This document shows positions 13,001 to 28,000 of a stretch of 64,000 nucleotides of DNA, piece by piece. The stretch is taken from contig JAGIQG010000008.1 in NCBI GenBank assembly GCA_024679065.1, positions 65,162,001 through 65,226,000 of the forward strand. The letters run 5' to 3'. The position numbers were made by a program, and so were the translations under genes. Position 1 is the stretch's first letter. Each line of letters starts with the position of its first letter. The notes beneath the pieces are model-generated. The model had not been told where the DNA came from and searched no databases. It saw only the letters and a list, made by a program, of their open reading frames with translations. The stretch is from Sphyrna mokarran. Its lineage: Eukaryota.

Positions 13001-16000
13001 AGTCGACATCTTCCTGCTCGGCCTGTCTGAACTCATAATCCGGATTTTGCATTCACATGCCAAAATTAGACAATGCCAAGTCTTCACTCACAAGGTTCTT
13101 ACATGGTTTTTGTCTCCTGTGCCCATTGATGTTAAGCAAAGCTTTTGTGACTGATGCAAAGTAAGGTCAAGTTATTGTGGTCAAACTCAGATTTGTAACT
13201 GTTTCATGGTCAATTTCCTGTTCACAATTCAAGACACAAATATAAATAAGACAAAAGGATCTCCTGAAATGTATTTTTATACCCTCTCCTTTGCTACATT
13301 TATTTGAGTAAATATTGGTCCGTTGTGGCTGCATCCAACATTTCCATGTGTTTTTTTCAGAGAAGTCGTATTAGACGTAATATTGGTAGAATGTTTCCTC
13401 TGTCTGGAGCTTCTTCTGTTTTGCTCACTTTGGTGTTCTGCAAGAATGGGTCAACACTGCAGCATCCATTTCGCTCTTCACCTCTTCCCTTAAACCTGAT
13501 TGCAAAGTTCCATTTCCATTTACACATCAAACACAAACACCAGCATGAAGAGTTCACAACATAACTCAAATTCTAGAATCATGAATGCGATAAGAACAAA
13601 TGAAATACTGAGATTCTCATATTGCCAGTTATATTTCACATAACCATGACCATGAATTTGAATTGAAGTCTTTCTTCATTGTTCACATCCAGCACTTCTC
13701 ACAGCACCTTTCTCTCAAAATATGCGATGCTGTCATTTTTGTGGTGAACTGTGGATAAATATAACATCTTCATCAAGTTTTCCAGACTGACAACTAAATT
13801 GTTCAAATGCATTTTGTCTTACAGGGCAGGCTATAGTCACGTCAAGTAGATCAGGCCTCTGTAACTTCACTCTATGTACTAAGAGTTGTGACGTTTTGAA
13901 GTACACGGGAAAATGTCAAACCACTACAGCTCCCACCACTCCACTCGAAACGACAACAACAGTAACAGTAACTCCCAGCACTCCAGTATCAACAAGTTGC
14001 ACCTGCACAGCCAATGGAGAAATATTATCACCAGGTAAGTGCATTAGATTCTGACAATCTGCTGCAATAATTTGTCATTCTATTAAAATGATCACAACTG
14101 GCTGCAATGATCCAGATCAATTATGAAAGCAAATCACCTCTCCTCTCCATTCGATTGTCCTACGCAATCTGGATGCTTGACTTAAGGTTTCAGTAGATGG
14201 TTGGAGAAATAGTAGTAATAACATCTCTCATCCCTGCATTTCCAAAATTGAGCTGTCTGCTCTCTAAGCCTAAAAATGACACCATAAGAGCCTTCGGAAG
14301 TTGACATCTTCCTGCTCTGCCTGTCTGAACTCATAATCCGGATTTTGCATTCACATGCCAAAATTAGACAATGCCAAGTCTTCACTCACAAGATTCTTAC
14401 ATGGTTTTTGTCTCCTGTGCCCATTGATGTTAAGCAAAGCTTTTGTGACTGACGCAAAGTAAGGTCAAGTTATTGTGGTCAAACTCAGATTTGTAACTGT
14501 TTCATGGTCAATTTCCTGGTCACAATTCAAGACACAAATATAAATAAGACAAAAGGATCTCCTGAAATGTATTTTTATACCCTCTCTTTTGCGACATTTA
14601 TTTGAGTAAATATTGGTCTGTTGTGGCTGCATCCAACATTTCCATGTGTTTTTTTCAGAGAAGTCGTATTAGACGTAATATTGGTAGAATGTTTTCTCAG
14701 TCTGGACCTTCTTCTGTTTTGCTCACTTTGATGTTCTGAAAGAATGGGTCAACAGTGCAGCATCCATTTCGCTCTTCACCTCTTCCCTTAAACCTGATTG
14801 CAAAGTTCCATTTCCATTTACACATCAAACACAAACACCAGCATGAAGAGTTCACAACATAACTCAAATTCTAGAATCATGAATGCGATAAGAACAAATG
14901 AAATACTCAGATTCTCATATTGCCAGTTATATTTCACATAACCATGACCATGAATTTGAATAGAAGTCTTTCTTCATTGTTCACATTCAGCACTTCTCAC
15001 TGTACCTTTCTCTCAAAATATGCCATGCTGTCATTTTTGTGGTGAATTGTGGATAAATATAACATCTTCATGAAGTTTTCCAGAATGACAACTAAATTGT
15101 TCAAATGCATTTTGTCTTACAGGGCAGGCTACAGTCACGTCAAGAAGATCAGGCCTCTGTAACTTCACTCTATGTACTAAGAGTTGTGACGTTTTGAAGT
15201 ACACGGGAAAATGTCAAACCACTACAGCTCCCACCACTCCACTCGAAACGACAACAACAGTAACAGTAACTCCCAGCACTCCAGTATCAACAAGTTGCAC
15301 CTGCACAGCCAATGGAGAAATATTATCACCAGGTAAGTGCATTAGATTCTGACAATCTGCTACAATCATTCGTCATGCTGTTAAACTGATCACAACTGGC
15401 TGCAATGATCCAAATCAAATATGTATGCAAATCACCTCTTCTCTACATTAGATTGTCCTACGCAATCTGGATGCTTGTCTTAAGCATTCTGTAGATGTTT
15501 GGAGAATTAGTAGTAATAATATCTCTCATCCCTGCATTTCCAAAATTGAGCTGTCTGCTCTCTAAGCCTAAAAATGACACCATAAGAGCCTTCGGAAGTT
15601 GACATCTTCCTGCTCGGCCTGTCTGAACTCATAATCCGGATTTTGCATTCACATGCCAAAATTAGACAATGCCAAGTCTTCACTCACAAGGTTCTTACAT
15701 GGTTTTTGTCTCCTGTGCCCATTGATGTTAAGCAAAGCTTTTGTGACTGATGCAAAGTAAGGTCAAGTTATTGTGGTCAAACTCAGATTTGTAACTGTTT
15801 CATGGTCAATTTCCTGTTCACAATTCAAGACACAAATATAAATAAGACAAAAGGATCTCCTGAAATGTATTTTTATACCCTCTCCTTTGCTACATTTATT
15901 TGAGTAAATATTGGTCCGTTGTGGCTGCATCCAACATTTCCATGTGTTTTTTTCAGAGAAGTCGTATTAGACGTAATATTGGTAGAATGTTTCCTCAGTC

Positions 16001-19000
16001 TGGACCTTCTTCTGTTTTGCTCACTTTGATCTTCTGCAAGAATGGGTCAACACTGCAGCATCCATTTCGCTCTTCACCTCTTCCCTTAAACCTGATTGCA
16101 AAGTTCCATTTCCATTTACACATCAAACACAAACACCAGCATGAAGAGTTCACAACATAACTCAAATTCTAGAATCATGAATGCGATAAGAACAAATGAA
16201 ATACTCAGATTCTCATATTGCCAGTTATATTTCACATAACCATGACCATGAATTTGAATAGAAGTCTTTCTTCATTGTTCACATTCAGCACTTCTCACTG
16301 TACCTTTCTCTCAAAATATGCCATGCTGTCATTTTTGTGGTGAATTGTGGATAAATATAACATCTTCATGAAGTTTTCCAGAATGACAACTAAATTGTTC
16401 AAATGCATTTTGTCTTACAGGGCAGGCTATAGTCACGTCAAGAAGATCAGGCCTCTGTAACTTCACTCTATGTACTAAGAGTTGTGACGTTTTGAAGTAC
16501 ACGGGAAAATGTCAAACCACTACAGCTCCCACCACTCCACTCGAAACGACAACAACAGTAACAGTAACTCCCAGCACTCCAGTATCAACAAGTTGCACCT
16601 GCACAGCCAATGGAGAAATATTATCACCAGGTAAGTGCATTAGATTCTGACAATCTGCTGCAATTATTCGTCATGCTATTAAACTGATCACAACTGGCTG
16701 CAATGATCCAGATCAATTATGAAGGCAAATCACCTCTCCTCTCCATTAGATTGTCCTACGCAATCTGGATGCTTGACTTAAGCTTTCAGTAGATGGTTGG
16801 AGAAATAGTAGTAATAACATCTCTCATCCCTGCATTTCCAAAATTGAGCTGTCTGCTCTCTAAGCCTAAAAATGACACCATAAGAGCCTTCGGAAGTTGA
16901 CATCTTCCTGCTCTGCCTGTCTGAACTCATAATCCGGATTTTGCATTCACATGCCAAAATTAGACAATGCCAAGTCTTCACTCACAAGATTCTTACATGG
17001 TTTTTGTCTCCTGTGCCCATTGATGTTAAGCAAAGCTTTTGTGACTGACGCAAAGTAAGGTCAAGTTATTGTGGTCAAACTCAGATTTGTAACTTTTTCA
17101 TGGTCAATTTCCTGGTCACAATTCAAGACACAAATATAAATAAGACAAAAGGATCTCCTGAAATGTATTTTTATACCCTCTCTTTTGCGACATTTATTTG
17201 AGTAAATATTGGTCTGTTGTGGCTGCATCCAACATTTCCATGTGTTTTTTTCAGAGAAGTCGTATTAGACGTAATATTGGTAGAATGTTTTCTCAGTCTG
17301 GACCTTCTTCTGTTTTGCTCACTTTGATGTTCTGAAAGAATGGGTCAACAGTGCAGCATCCATTTCGCTCTTCACCTCTTCCCTTAAACCTGATTGCAAA
17401 GTTCCATTTCCATTTACACATCAAACACAAACACCAGCATGAAGAGTTCACAACATAACTCAAATTCTAGAATCATGAATGCGATAAGAACAAATGAAAT
17501 ACTCAGATTCTCATATTGCCAGTTATATTTCACATAACCATGACCATGAATTTGAATAGAAGTCTTTCTTCATTGTTCACATTCAGAACTTCTCACTGTA
17601 CCTTTCTCTCAAAATATGCCATGCTGTCATTTTTGTGGTGAATTGTGGATAAATATAACATCTTCATGAAGTTTTCCAGAATGACAACTAAATTGTTCAA
17701 ATGCATTTTGTCTTACAGGGCAGGCTATAGTCACGTCAAGAAGATCAGGCCTCTGTAACTTCACTCTATGTACTAAGAGTTGTGACGTTTTGAAGTACAC
17801 GGGAAAATGTCAAACCACTACCGCTCCCACCACTCCACTCGAAACGACAACAACAGTATCAGTAACTCCCAGCACTCCAGTATCAACAAGTTGCACCTGC
17901 ACAGCCAATGGAGAAATATTATCACCAGGTAAGTGTATTAGATTCTGACAATCTGCTGCAATTATTCGTCATGCTGCTAAACTGATCACAACTGGCTGCA
18001 ATGATCCAGATCAATTATGAAGGCAAATCACCTCTCCTCTCCATTCGATTGTCCTACGCAATCTGGATGCTTGACTTACGCTTTCAGTTGGTGGTTGGAG
18101 AAATAGTAGTAATAATATCTCTCATCCCTGCATTTCCAAAATTGATCTGTCTGCTCTCTAAGCCTAAAAATGACACCATAAGAGCCTTCGGAAGTTGACA
18201 TCTTCCTGCTCTGCCTGTCTGAACTCATAATCCGGATTTTGCATTTACATGCCAAAATTAGACAATGCCAAGTCTTCACTCACAAGGTTCTTACATGGTT
18301 TTTGTCTCCTGTTCCTATTGATGTTAAGCAAAGCCTTTGTGACTGAGGCAAAGTAAGGTCAAGTTATTGTGGTCAAACTCAGATTTGTAACTGTTTCATC
18401 GTCAATTTCCTGGTCACAATTCAAGACACAAATATAAATAAGACAAAAGGATCTCCTGAAATGTATTTTTATACCCTCTCTTTTGCTACATTTATTTGAG
18501 TAAATATTGGTCCTTTGTGGCTGCATCCAACATTTCCATGTGTTTTTTTCAGAGAAGTCATATTAGACGTAATATAGGTAGAATGTTTCCTCTGTCTGGA
18601 GCTTCTTCTGTTTTGCTCACTTTGGTGTTCTGTAAGAATGGGTCAACACTGCAGCATCCATTTCGATCTTCAGTTCTTCCCTTAAACCTGATTGCAATGT
18701 TCCATCTCCATTTAATCATCAAACACAAACACCAGCATGAAGAGTTCACAACATGACTCAAATACTACAATCAAGAATGCGATAAGAACAAATGAAATGC
18801 TGAAATTCTCATATTGCCAGATATATTTCACATAACCATGACCGTGAATTTGAACTGAAGTCTTTCTGCATTGTTCACATCCAGCACTGTTCACAGCACC
18901 TTTCTCTCAAAATATGCGATGCTGTCATTTTTGTGGTGAACTGTGGATAAATATTACAACTTCGTAAAGTTTTCCAGAGTGAGAACTACATTGTTCAAAT

Positions 19001-22000
19001 GCATTTTGTCTTACAGGCCAGGCTATAGTAACTTCACGTAGATCAGGCCTCTGTAACTTCACTCTATGTACTAAGAGTTGTGACGTTTTGAAATACACGG
19101 GAAAATGTCAAACCACTACCGCTCCCACCACTCCACTCGAAACGACAACAACAGTAACAGTAACTCCCAGCACTCCAGTATCAACAAGTTGCACCTGCAC
19201 AGCCAAAGGAGAAATATTATCACCAGGTAAGTGCACTAGATTCTGACAATCTGCTACAATCATTCGTCATGCTGTTAAACTGATCACAACTGGCTGCAAT
19301 GATCCAAAGCAAATATGTATGCAAATCACCTCTTCTCTACATTAGATTGTCCTACGCAATCTGGATGCTTGACTTAAGCTTTTAGTAGATGGTTGGAGAA
19401 ATATAGTAATAACATCTCTCATCCCTGCATTTCCAAAATTGATCTGTCTGCTCTCAAAGCCTAAAAATGATGCCATAAGACCTTCTGAAGTTGACATCTT
19501 CCTGCTCTGCCCGTCTGAACTCATAATCCAGATTTTGCATTCACATGCCAAAATTAGACAATGCCAAGTCTTCACTCACAAGGTTCTGACATGGTTTTTG
19601 TCTCCTGTGCCCATTGATGTTAAGCAAAGCGTCAGTGACTGACGCGAAGTAAGGTCAAAGTTATTGTGGTCAAACTCAGATTTGTAATTGTTTCATGGTC
19701 AATTTCCTGGTCACAATACATGACACAAATACAAAGCAGACAAAAGGATCTCCTGAAATGTATTTTTATACCCTCTATTTTGCTACATTTATTTGAGTAA
19801 ATGTTGGTCCTGTGTGGCTGCATCCAACATTTCCATGTGTTTTTTTCAGAGAAGACGTATTAGACGCAATATTGGTACAATGTTTCCTCTTTCTGGAGCT
19901 TCTTCGATTTTGCTCACTTTGGTCTTCTGCAAGAATGGGTCAACACTGCAGCATCCATTTCGCTCTTCACCTCTTCCCTTAAAACTGATTGCAATGTGCC
20001 ATCTCCATTTATACATCAAACACAAACACCAGCATGAAGAGTTCACAACATAACTCAAATTCTAGAATCATGAATGCGATAAGAACAAATGAAATACTCA
20101 GATTCTCATATTGCCAGTTATATTTCACATAAACATGACCATGAATTTGAATAAAACTCTTTCTTCATTCTTCACATTCAGCAAATCTCACTGCACCTTT
20201 CTCTCAAAATATGCGATGCTGTCATTTTTGAGGTGAACTGTGGATAAATATAACATCTTCCTGAAGTTTTCCAGAATGAAAACTAAATTCTTCAAATGCA
20301 TTTTGTCTTACAGGGCAGGCTATAGTCACGTCAAGAAGATCAGGCCTCTGTAACTTCACTCTATGTACTAAGAGTTGTGACGTTTTGAAGTACACAGGAA
20401 AATGTCAAACTACTACAGCTCCCACCACTCCACTCGAAACGACAACAACAGTAACAGTAACTCCCAGCACTCCAGTATCAACAAGTTGCACCTGCACAGC
20501 CAATGGAGAAATATTATCACCAGGTAAGTGCATTAGATTCTGACAATCTGCTGCAATTATTCGTCATGCTGTTAAACTGATCACACTGGCTGCAAAGATC
20601 CAGATCAATTATGAAGGCAAATCACCTCTCCTCTCCATTAGATTGTCCTACGCAATTTGGATGCTTGTCTTAAGCATTCTGTAGATGTTTGGAGAAATAA
20701 TAGTAATAAAATCTCTCATCCCGGCATTTCCAAAATTGATCTGTCTGCTCTCTAAGCTTAAAAATGAAACGTTAAGAGCTTTAGGAAGTTGACACTTTCC
20801 TGCTTTGCCCGTCTGAACTCATACTCCAGATTTTGCATTCACATGCCAAAATTAGACAATGCCAAGTCTTCACACACAACGTTCTTACATGGTTTTTGTC
20901 CCCTGTGCCCATTGATGTTAAGCAAAGCGTCTGTGACTGACACAAAGTAAGGTCAAAGTTATTGTGGTCGAACTCAGATATGTAATTGTTTCACAGTCAA
21001 TTCCCTGGTCACAATTCATGACACAAATACAAATAAGACAAAAGGATCTCCTGAAATGTATTTTTATACCCTCTCCTTTGCTAAATTTATTTCAGTAAAT
21101 ATTGGCCCTTTGTGGCTGCATCCAACATTTCCATGTGTTTTTTTCAGAGAAGTCGTATTAGACGTTATATTGGAAGAATGTTTCCTCTGTCTGGAGCTTC
21201 TTATGTTTTGCTCACTTTGGTGTTCTGCAAGAATGGGTCAACACTGCAGCATCCATTTCGCTCTTCAGCTCTTCCCTTAAACCTGATTGCAATGTTCCAT
21301 CTCCATTTAATCATCAAACACAAACACCAGCATGAAGAGTTCACAACATAACTCAAATACTACAATCAAGAATGCGATAAGAACAAATGAAATACTGAAA
21401 TTCTCATTTTGCCAGATATATTTCACAGAACCATGACCATGAATTTGAACTGAAGTCTTTCTGCATTGTTCACATCCAGCACTGTTCACAGCAGCTTTCT
21501 CTCAAAATATGCGATACTATCATTTTTGTGGTGAACTGTGGATTAATATTTCAACTTCGTAAAGTTTTCCAGAGTGAGAACTACATTGTTCAAATGCATT
21601 TTGTCTTACAGGGCAGGCTGTAGTCACATCAAGTAGATCAGGCCTCTGTAACTTCACTCTATGTACTAAGAGTTGTGACGTTTTGAAGTACACGGGAAAA
21701 TGTCAAACCACTACCGCTCCCACCACTCCACTCGAAACGACAACAACAGTAACAGTAACTCCCAGCACTCCAGTATCAACAAGTTGCACCTGCACAGCCA
21801 ATGGAGAAACATTATCACCAGGTAAGTGCATTAGATTCTGACAATCTGCTACAATCATTCGTCATGCTGTTAAACTGATCACAACTGGCTGCAATGATCC
21901 AAATCAAATATGTATGCAAATCACCTCTTCTCTCCATTAGATTGTCCTACGCAATCTGGATGCTTGTCTTAAGCATTCTGTAGATGTTTGGAGAATTAGT

Positions 22001-25000
22001 ACTAATAAAATCTCTCATCCCGGCATTTGCAAAATTGATCTCTCTGCTCTCTGAGCTTAAAAATGATGCCTTAAGAGCTTTAGGAAGTTGACATCTTCCT
22101 GCTCTGCGTGTCTGGACTCATAATCCAGATTTTGCAATCACATGCCAAAAGTAGATAATGCCAAGTCTTCAAACACAATGTTCTTACATGGTTTTTGACT
22201 CCTGTGCCCAAGGATGTTAAGCAAAGCGTCTGTGACTGACGCGAAGTAAGGTCAAAGTTATTGTGGTCAAACTCAGGTTTGTAATTGTTTCATGGTCAAT
22301 TTCCTCGTCACAATTCATGACGCAAATATAAATAAGACAAAAGGATCTCCTGAAATGTACTTTTATACCCTCTATTTTGCTACATTTATTTGAGTAAATA
22401 CTGGTCCGTTGTGGCTGCATCCAACATTTCCATGTGTTTTTTTCAGAGAAGTCGTATTAGACGCAATATTGCTACAATGTTTCCTCTGCCTGGAGCTTCT
22501 TCTGTGTTGCTCACTTTGGTGTTCTGCAAGAATGGGTCAACACTGCAGCATCCATTTCGCTCTTCACCTCTTCCCTTAAACCTGGTTGCAATGTTCCATT
22601 TCCATTTACACATCAAACACAAACACCAGCATGAAGAGTTCACAACATAACTCAAATTCTAGAATCATGAATGCGATAAGAACAAATGAAATACTCAGAT
22701 TCTCATATTGCCAGTTATATTTCACATAACCATCACCATGAATTTGAATAGAAGTCTTTCTTCATTGTTCACATTCAGCACTTCTCACTGCACCTTTCTC
22801 TCAAAATATGCCATGCTGTCATTTTAGTGGTGAACTGTGGATAAATATAACATCTTCATCAAGTTTTCCTGAGTGACAACTAAATTGTTCAAATGCATTT
22901 TGTCTTACAGGGCAGGCTATAGTCACGTCAAGAAGATCAGGCCTCTGTAACTTCACTCTATGTACTAAGAGTTGTGACGTTTTGAAGTACACGGGAAAAT
23001 GTCAAACCACTACAGCTCCCACCACTCCACTCGAAACGACAACAACAGTAACAGTAACTCCCAGCACTCCAGTATCGACAAGTTGCACCTGCACAGCAAA
23101 TGGAGAAATATTATCACCAGGTAAGTGTATTAGATTCTGACAATCTGCTGCAATTATTCGTCATGCTGTTAAACTGATCACAACTGGCTGCAATGATCCA
23201 GATCAATTATGAAGGCAAATCACCTCTCCTCTCCATTAGATTCTCCTACGCAATCTGGATGCTTGACTTAAGCTTGCAGGAGATGTTTGGAGAAATAGTA
23301 GTAATAACATCTCTCATCCCTGCATTTCCAAAATTGATCTGTCAGCTCTCTAAGCCTAAAAATGACGCCATAACAGCCTTCGGAAGTTGACATCTTCCTG
23401 CTCTGCCTGTCTGAACTCATAATCCGGATTTTGCATTCACATGCCAAAATTAGACAATGCCAAGTCTTCACTCACAAGGTTCTTACATGGTTTTTGTCTC
23501 CTGTGCCCATTGATGTTAAGCAAAGCGTCTGTGACTGACGCAAAGTAAGGTCAAAGTTATTGTGGTCGAACTCAGATTTGTAATTATTTCACGGTCAATT
23601 TCCTGGTCACAATTCATGATACAAATACAAATAAGACAAAAGATTCTCCTGAAATGTATTTTTATACCCTCTCTTTTGCTACATTTATTTGAGTAAATAC
23701 TGGTCCTTTGTGGCTGCATCCAACATTTCCATGTGTTTTTTTCAGAGAAGTCGTATTAGACGCAATATTGGTACAATGATTCCTCTCCCTGGAGCTTCTT
23801 CTGTGTTGCTCACTTTGGTCTTCTGCAAGAATGGGTCAACACTGCAGCATCCATTTCGCTCTTCACCTCTTCCCTTAAACCTGGTTGCAATGTTCCATTT
23901 CCATTTAATCATCAAACACAAACACAAGCATGAAGAGTTCACAACATAACTCAAATTCTAGAATCATGAATGCAATAAGAACAAATGAAATACTCAGATT
24001 CTCATATTGCCAGTTATATTTCACATAACCATGACCATGAATTTGAATAGAAGTCTTTCTTCATTGTTCACATTCAGCATTTCTCACTGCACCTTTCTCT
24101 CAAAATATGCCATGCTGTCATTTTTGTGGTGAACTGTGGATAAATATAACATCTTCATCAAGTTTTCCAGAATGACAACTAAATTGTTCAAATGCATTTT
24201 GTCTTACAGGGCAGGCTATAGTCACCTCAAGAAGATCAGGCCTCTGTAACTTCACTCTATGTACTAAGAGTTGTGACGTTTTGAAGTACACGGGAAAATG
24301 TCAAACCACTACAGCTCCCACCACTCCACTCGAAACGACAACAACAGTAACAGTAACTCCCAGCACTCCAGTATCGACAAGTTGCACCTGCACAGCCAAT
24401 GGAGAAATATTATCACCAGGTAAGTGTATTAGATTCTGACAATCTGCTGCAATTATTCGTCATGCTGTTAAACTGATCACAACTGGCTGCAATGATCCAG
24501 ATCAATTATGAAGGCAAATCACCTCTCCTCTCCATTAGATTCTACTACGCAATCTGGATGCTTGACTTAAGCTTGCAGTAGATGGTTGGAGAAATAGTAG
24601 TAATAACATCTCTCATCCCTGCATTTCCAAAATTGATCTGTCTGCTCTCTAAGCCTAAAAATGACGCCATAACAGCCTTCGGAAGTTGACATCTTCCTGC
24701 TCTGCCTGTCTGAACTCATAATCCGGATTTTGCATTCACATGCCAAAATTAGACAATGCCAAGTCTTCACTCACAAGGTTCTTACATGGTTTTTGTCTCC
24801 TGTGCCCATTGATGTTAAGCAAAGCCTTTGTGACTGACGCAAAGTAAGGTCAAGTTATTGTGGTCAAACTCAGATTTGTAACTGTTTCATGGTCAATTTC
24901 CTGGTCACAATTCAAGACACAAATATAAATAAGACAAAAGGATCTCCTGAAATGTATTTTTATACCTTCTCTTTTGCTACATTTATTTGAGTAAATATTG

Positions 25001-28000
25001 GTCCTTTGTGGCTGCATCCAACATTTCCATGTGTTTTTTTCAGAGAAGTCGTATTAGACGTAATATAGGTAGAATGTTTCCTCTGTCTGGAGCTTCTTCT
25101 GTTTTGCTCACTTTGGTGTTCTGTAAGAATGGGTCAACACTGCAGCATCCATTTCGATCTTCAGCTCTTCCCTTAAACCTGATTGCAATGTTCCATCTCC
25201 ATTTAATCATCAAACACAAACACCAGCATGAAGAGTTCACAACATAACTCAAATACTACAATCAAGAATGCGATAAGAACAAATGAAATACTGAAATTCT
25301 CATATTGCCAGATATATTTCACAGAACCATGACCATGAATTTGAACTGAAGTCTTTCTGCATTGTTCACATCCAGCACTGTTCACAGCACCTTTCTCTCA
25401 AACTATGCAATACCATCATTTTTGTTGTGAACTGTGGATAAATATTTCAACTTCGTAAAGTTTTCAAGAGTGAGAACTACATTGTTCAAATGTATTTTGT
25501 CTTACAGGGCAGGCTGTAGTCACATCAAGTAGATCAGGCCTCTGTAACTTCACTCTATGTACTAAGAGTTGTGACGTTTTGAAGTACACGGGAAAATGTC
25601 AAACCACTACCGCTCCCACCACTCCACTCGAAACGACAACAACAGTAACAGTAACTCCCAGCACTCCGGTATCAACAAGTTGCACCTGCACAGCCAATGG
25701 AGAAATATTATCACCAGGTAAGTGCATTAGATTCTGACAATCTGCTACAATCATTTGTCATGCTGTTAAACTGATCACAACTGGCTGCAATGATCCAAAT
25801 CAAATATGTATGCAAATCACCTCTTCTCTCCATTAGATTGTCCTACGCAATCTGGATGCTTGTCTTAAGTATTCTGTAGATGTTTGGAGAATTAGTAGTA
25901 ATAAAATCTCTCATCCCGGCATTTCCAAAATTGATCTGTCTGCTCTCTAAGCTTAGAAATGACACGTTAAGAGCTTTAGGAAGTTGACATCTTCATGCTT
26001 TGCCTGTCTGAACTCATAATCCAGATTTTGCATTCACATGCCAAAAGTAGACAATGCCAAGTCTTCACACACAAGATTCTTACATGGTTATTGTCTCCTG
26101 TGCCATTGATGTTAAGCAAAGCGTCGGTGACTGACGCAAAGTAATGTCAAAGTTATTGTGGTCGAACTCAGATTTGTAATTGTTTCATGGTCAATTTCCT
26201 GGTCACAATTCATGACACAAATTTAAATAAGACAAAAGGATCCCCTGAAATGTATTTTTATACCCTCTCTTTTGCAACATTTATTTGAGTAAACATTGGT
26301 CCTTTGTGGCTGCATCCAACATTTCCATGTGTTTTTTTCAGAGAAGTCATAGTATACGTAATACTGGGAGACTGTTTCCTCAGTCTGGAGCTTCTACTGT
26401 TTTGCTCACTTTGATGTTCTCCAAGAATGGGTCAACACTGCAGCATCCATTTCGCTCTTCACCTCTTCCCTTAAACCTGATTGCAAAGTTCCATTTCCAT
26501 TTACACATCAAACACAAACACCAGCATGAAGAGTTCACAACATAACTCAAATTCTAGAATCATGAATGCGATAAGAACAAATGAAATACTCAGATTCTCA
26601 TATTGCCAGTTATATTTCACATAACCATGACCATGAATTTGACTAGAAGTCTTTCTTCATTGTTCACATTCAGCACTTCTCACTGTACCTTTCTCTCAAA
26701 ATATACGATGCTGTCATTTTTGTGGTGAATTCTGGATAAATATAACATCTTCCTGAAGTTTTCCAGAATGAAAACTAAATTCTTCAAATGCATTTTGTCT
26801 TACAGGGCAGGCTATAGTCACGTCAAGAAGATCAGGCCTCTGTAACTTCACTCTATGTACTAAGAGTTGTGACGTTTTGAAGTACACGGGAAAATGTCAA
26901 ACCACTACAGCTCCCACCACTCCACTCGAAACGACAACAACAGTAACAGTAACTCCCAGCACTCCAGTATCAACAAGTTGCACCTGCACAGCCAATGGAG
27001 AAATATTATCACCAGGTAAGTGTATTAGATTCTGACAATCTGCTGCAATTATTCGTCATGCTGTTAAACTGATCACAACTGGCTGCAATGATCCAGATCA
27101 ATTATGAAGGCAAATCACCTCTCCTCTCCCTTAGATTGCCAACGCAATCTGGATGCTTGACTTAAGCTTTCAGTAGATGGTTGGAGAAATAGTAGTAATA
27201 ACATCTCTCATCCCTGCATTTCCAAAATTGAGCTGTCTGCTCTCTAAGCCTAAAAATGACACCATAAGTGCCTTCGGAAGTTGACATCTTCCAGTTCTGC
27301 CTGTCTGAACTCATAATCCGGATGTTGCATTCACATGCCAAAATTAGACAATGCCAAGTCTTCACACACAACGTTCTTACATGGTTTTTGTCCCCTGTGC
27401 CCATTGATGTTAAGCAAAGCGTCTGTGACTGACACAAAGTAAGGTCAAAGTTATTGTGGTCGAACTCAGATATGTAATTGTTTCACAGTCAATTTCCTGG
27501 TCACAATTCATGACACAAATACAAATAAGACAAAAGGATCTCCTGAAATGTATTTTTATACCCTCTCCTTTGCTAAATTTATTTCAGTAAATATTGGCCC
27601 TTTGTGGCTGCATCCAACATTTCCATGTGTTTTTTTCAGACAAGTCGTATTAGACGTTATATTGGAAGAATGTTTCCTCTCTCTGGAGCTTCTTATGTTT
27701 TGCTCACTTTGGTGTTCTGCAAGAATAGGTCAACACTGCTGCATCCATTTCGCTCTTCAGCTCTTCCCTTAAACCTGATTGCAATGTTCCATCTCCATTT
27801 AATCATCAAACACAAACACCACCATGAAGAGTTCACAACATAACTCAAATACTAAAATCAAGAATGCGATAAGAACAAATGAAATACTGAAATTCTCATA
27901 TTGCCAGATATATTTCACAGAACCATGACAATGAATTTGAACTGAAGTCTTTCTGCATTGTTCACATCCAGCACTGTTCACAGCACCTTTCTCTCAAAAT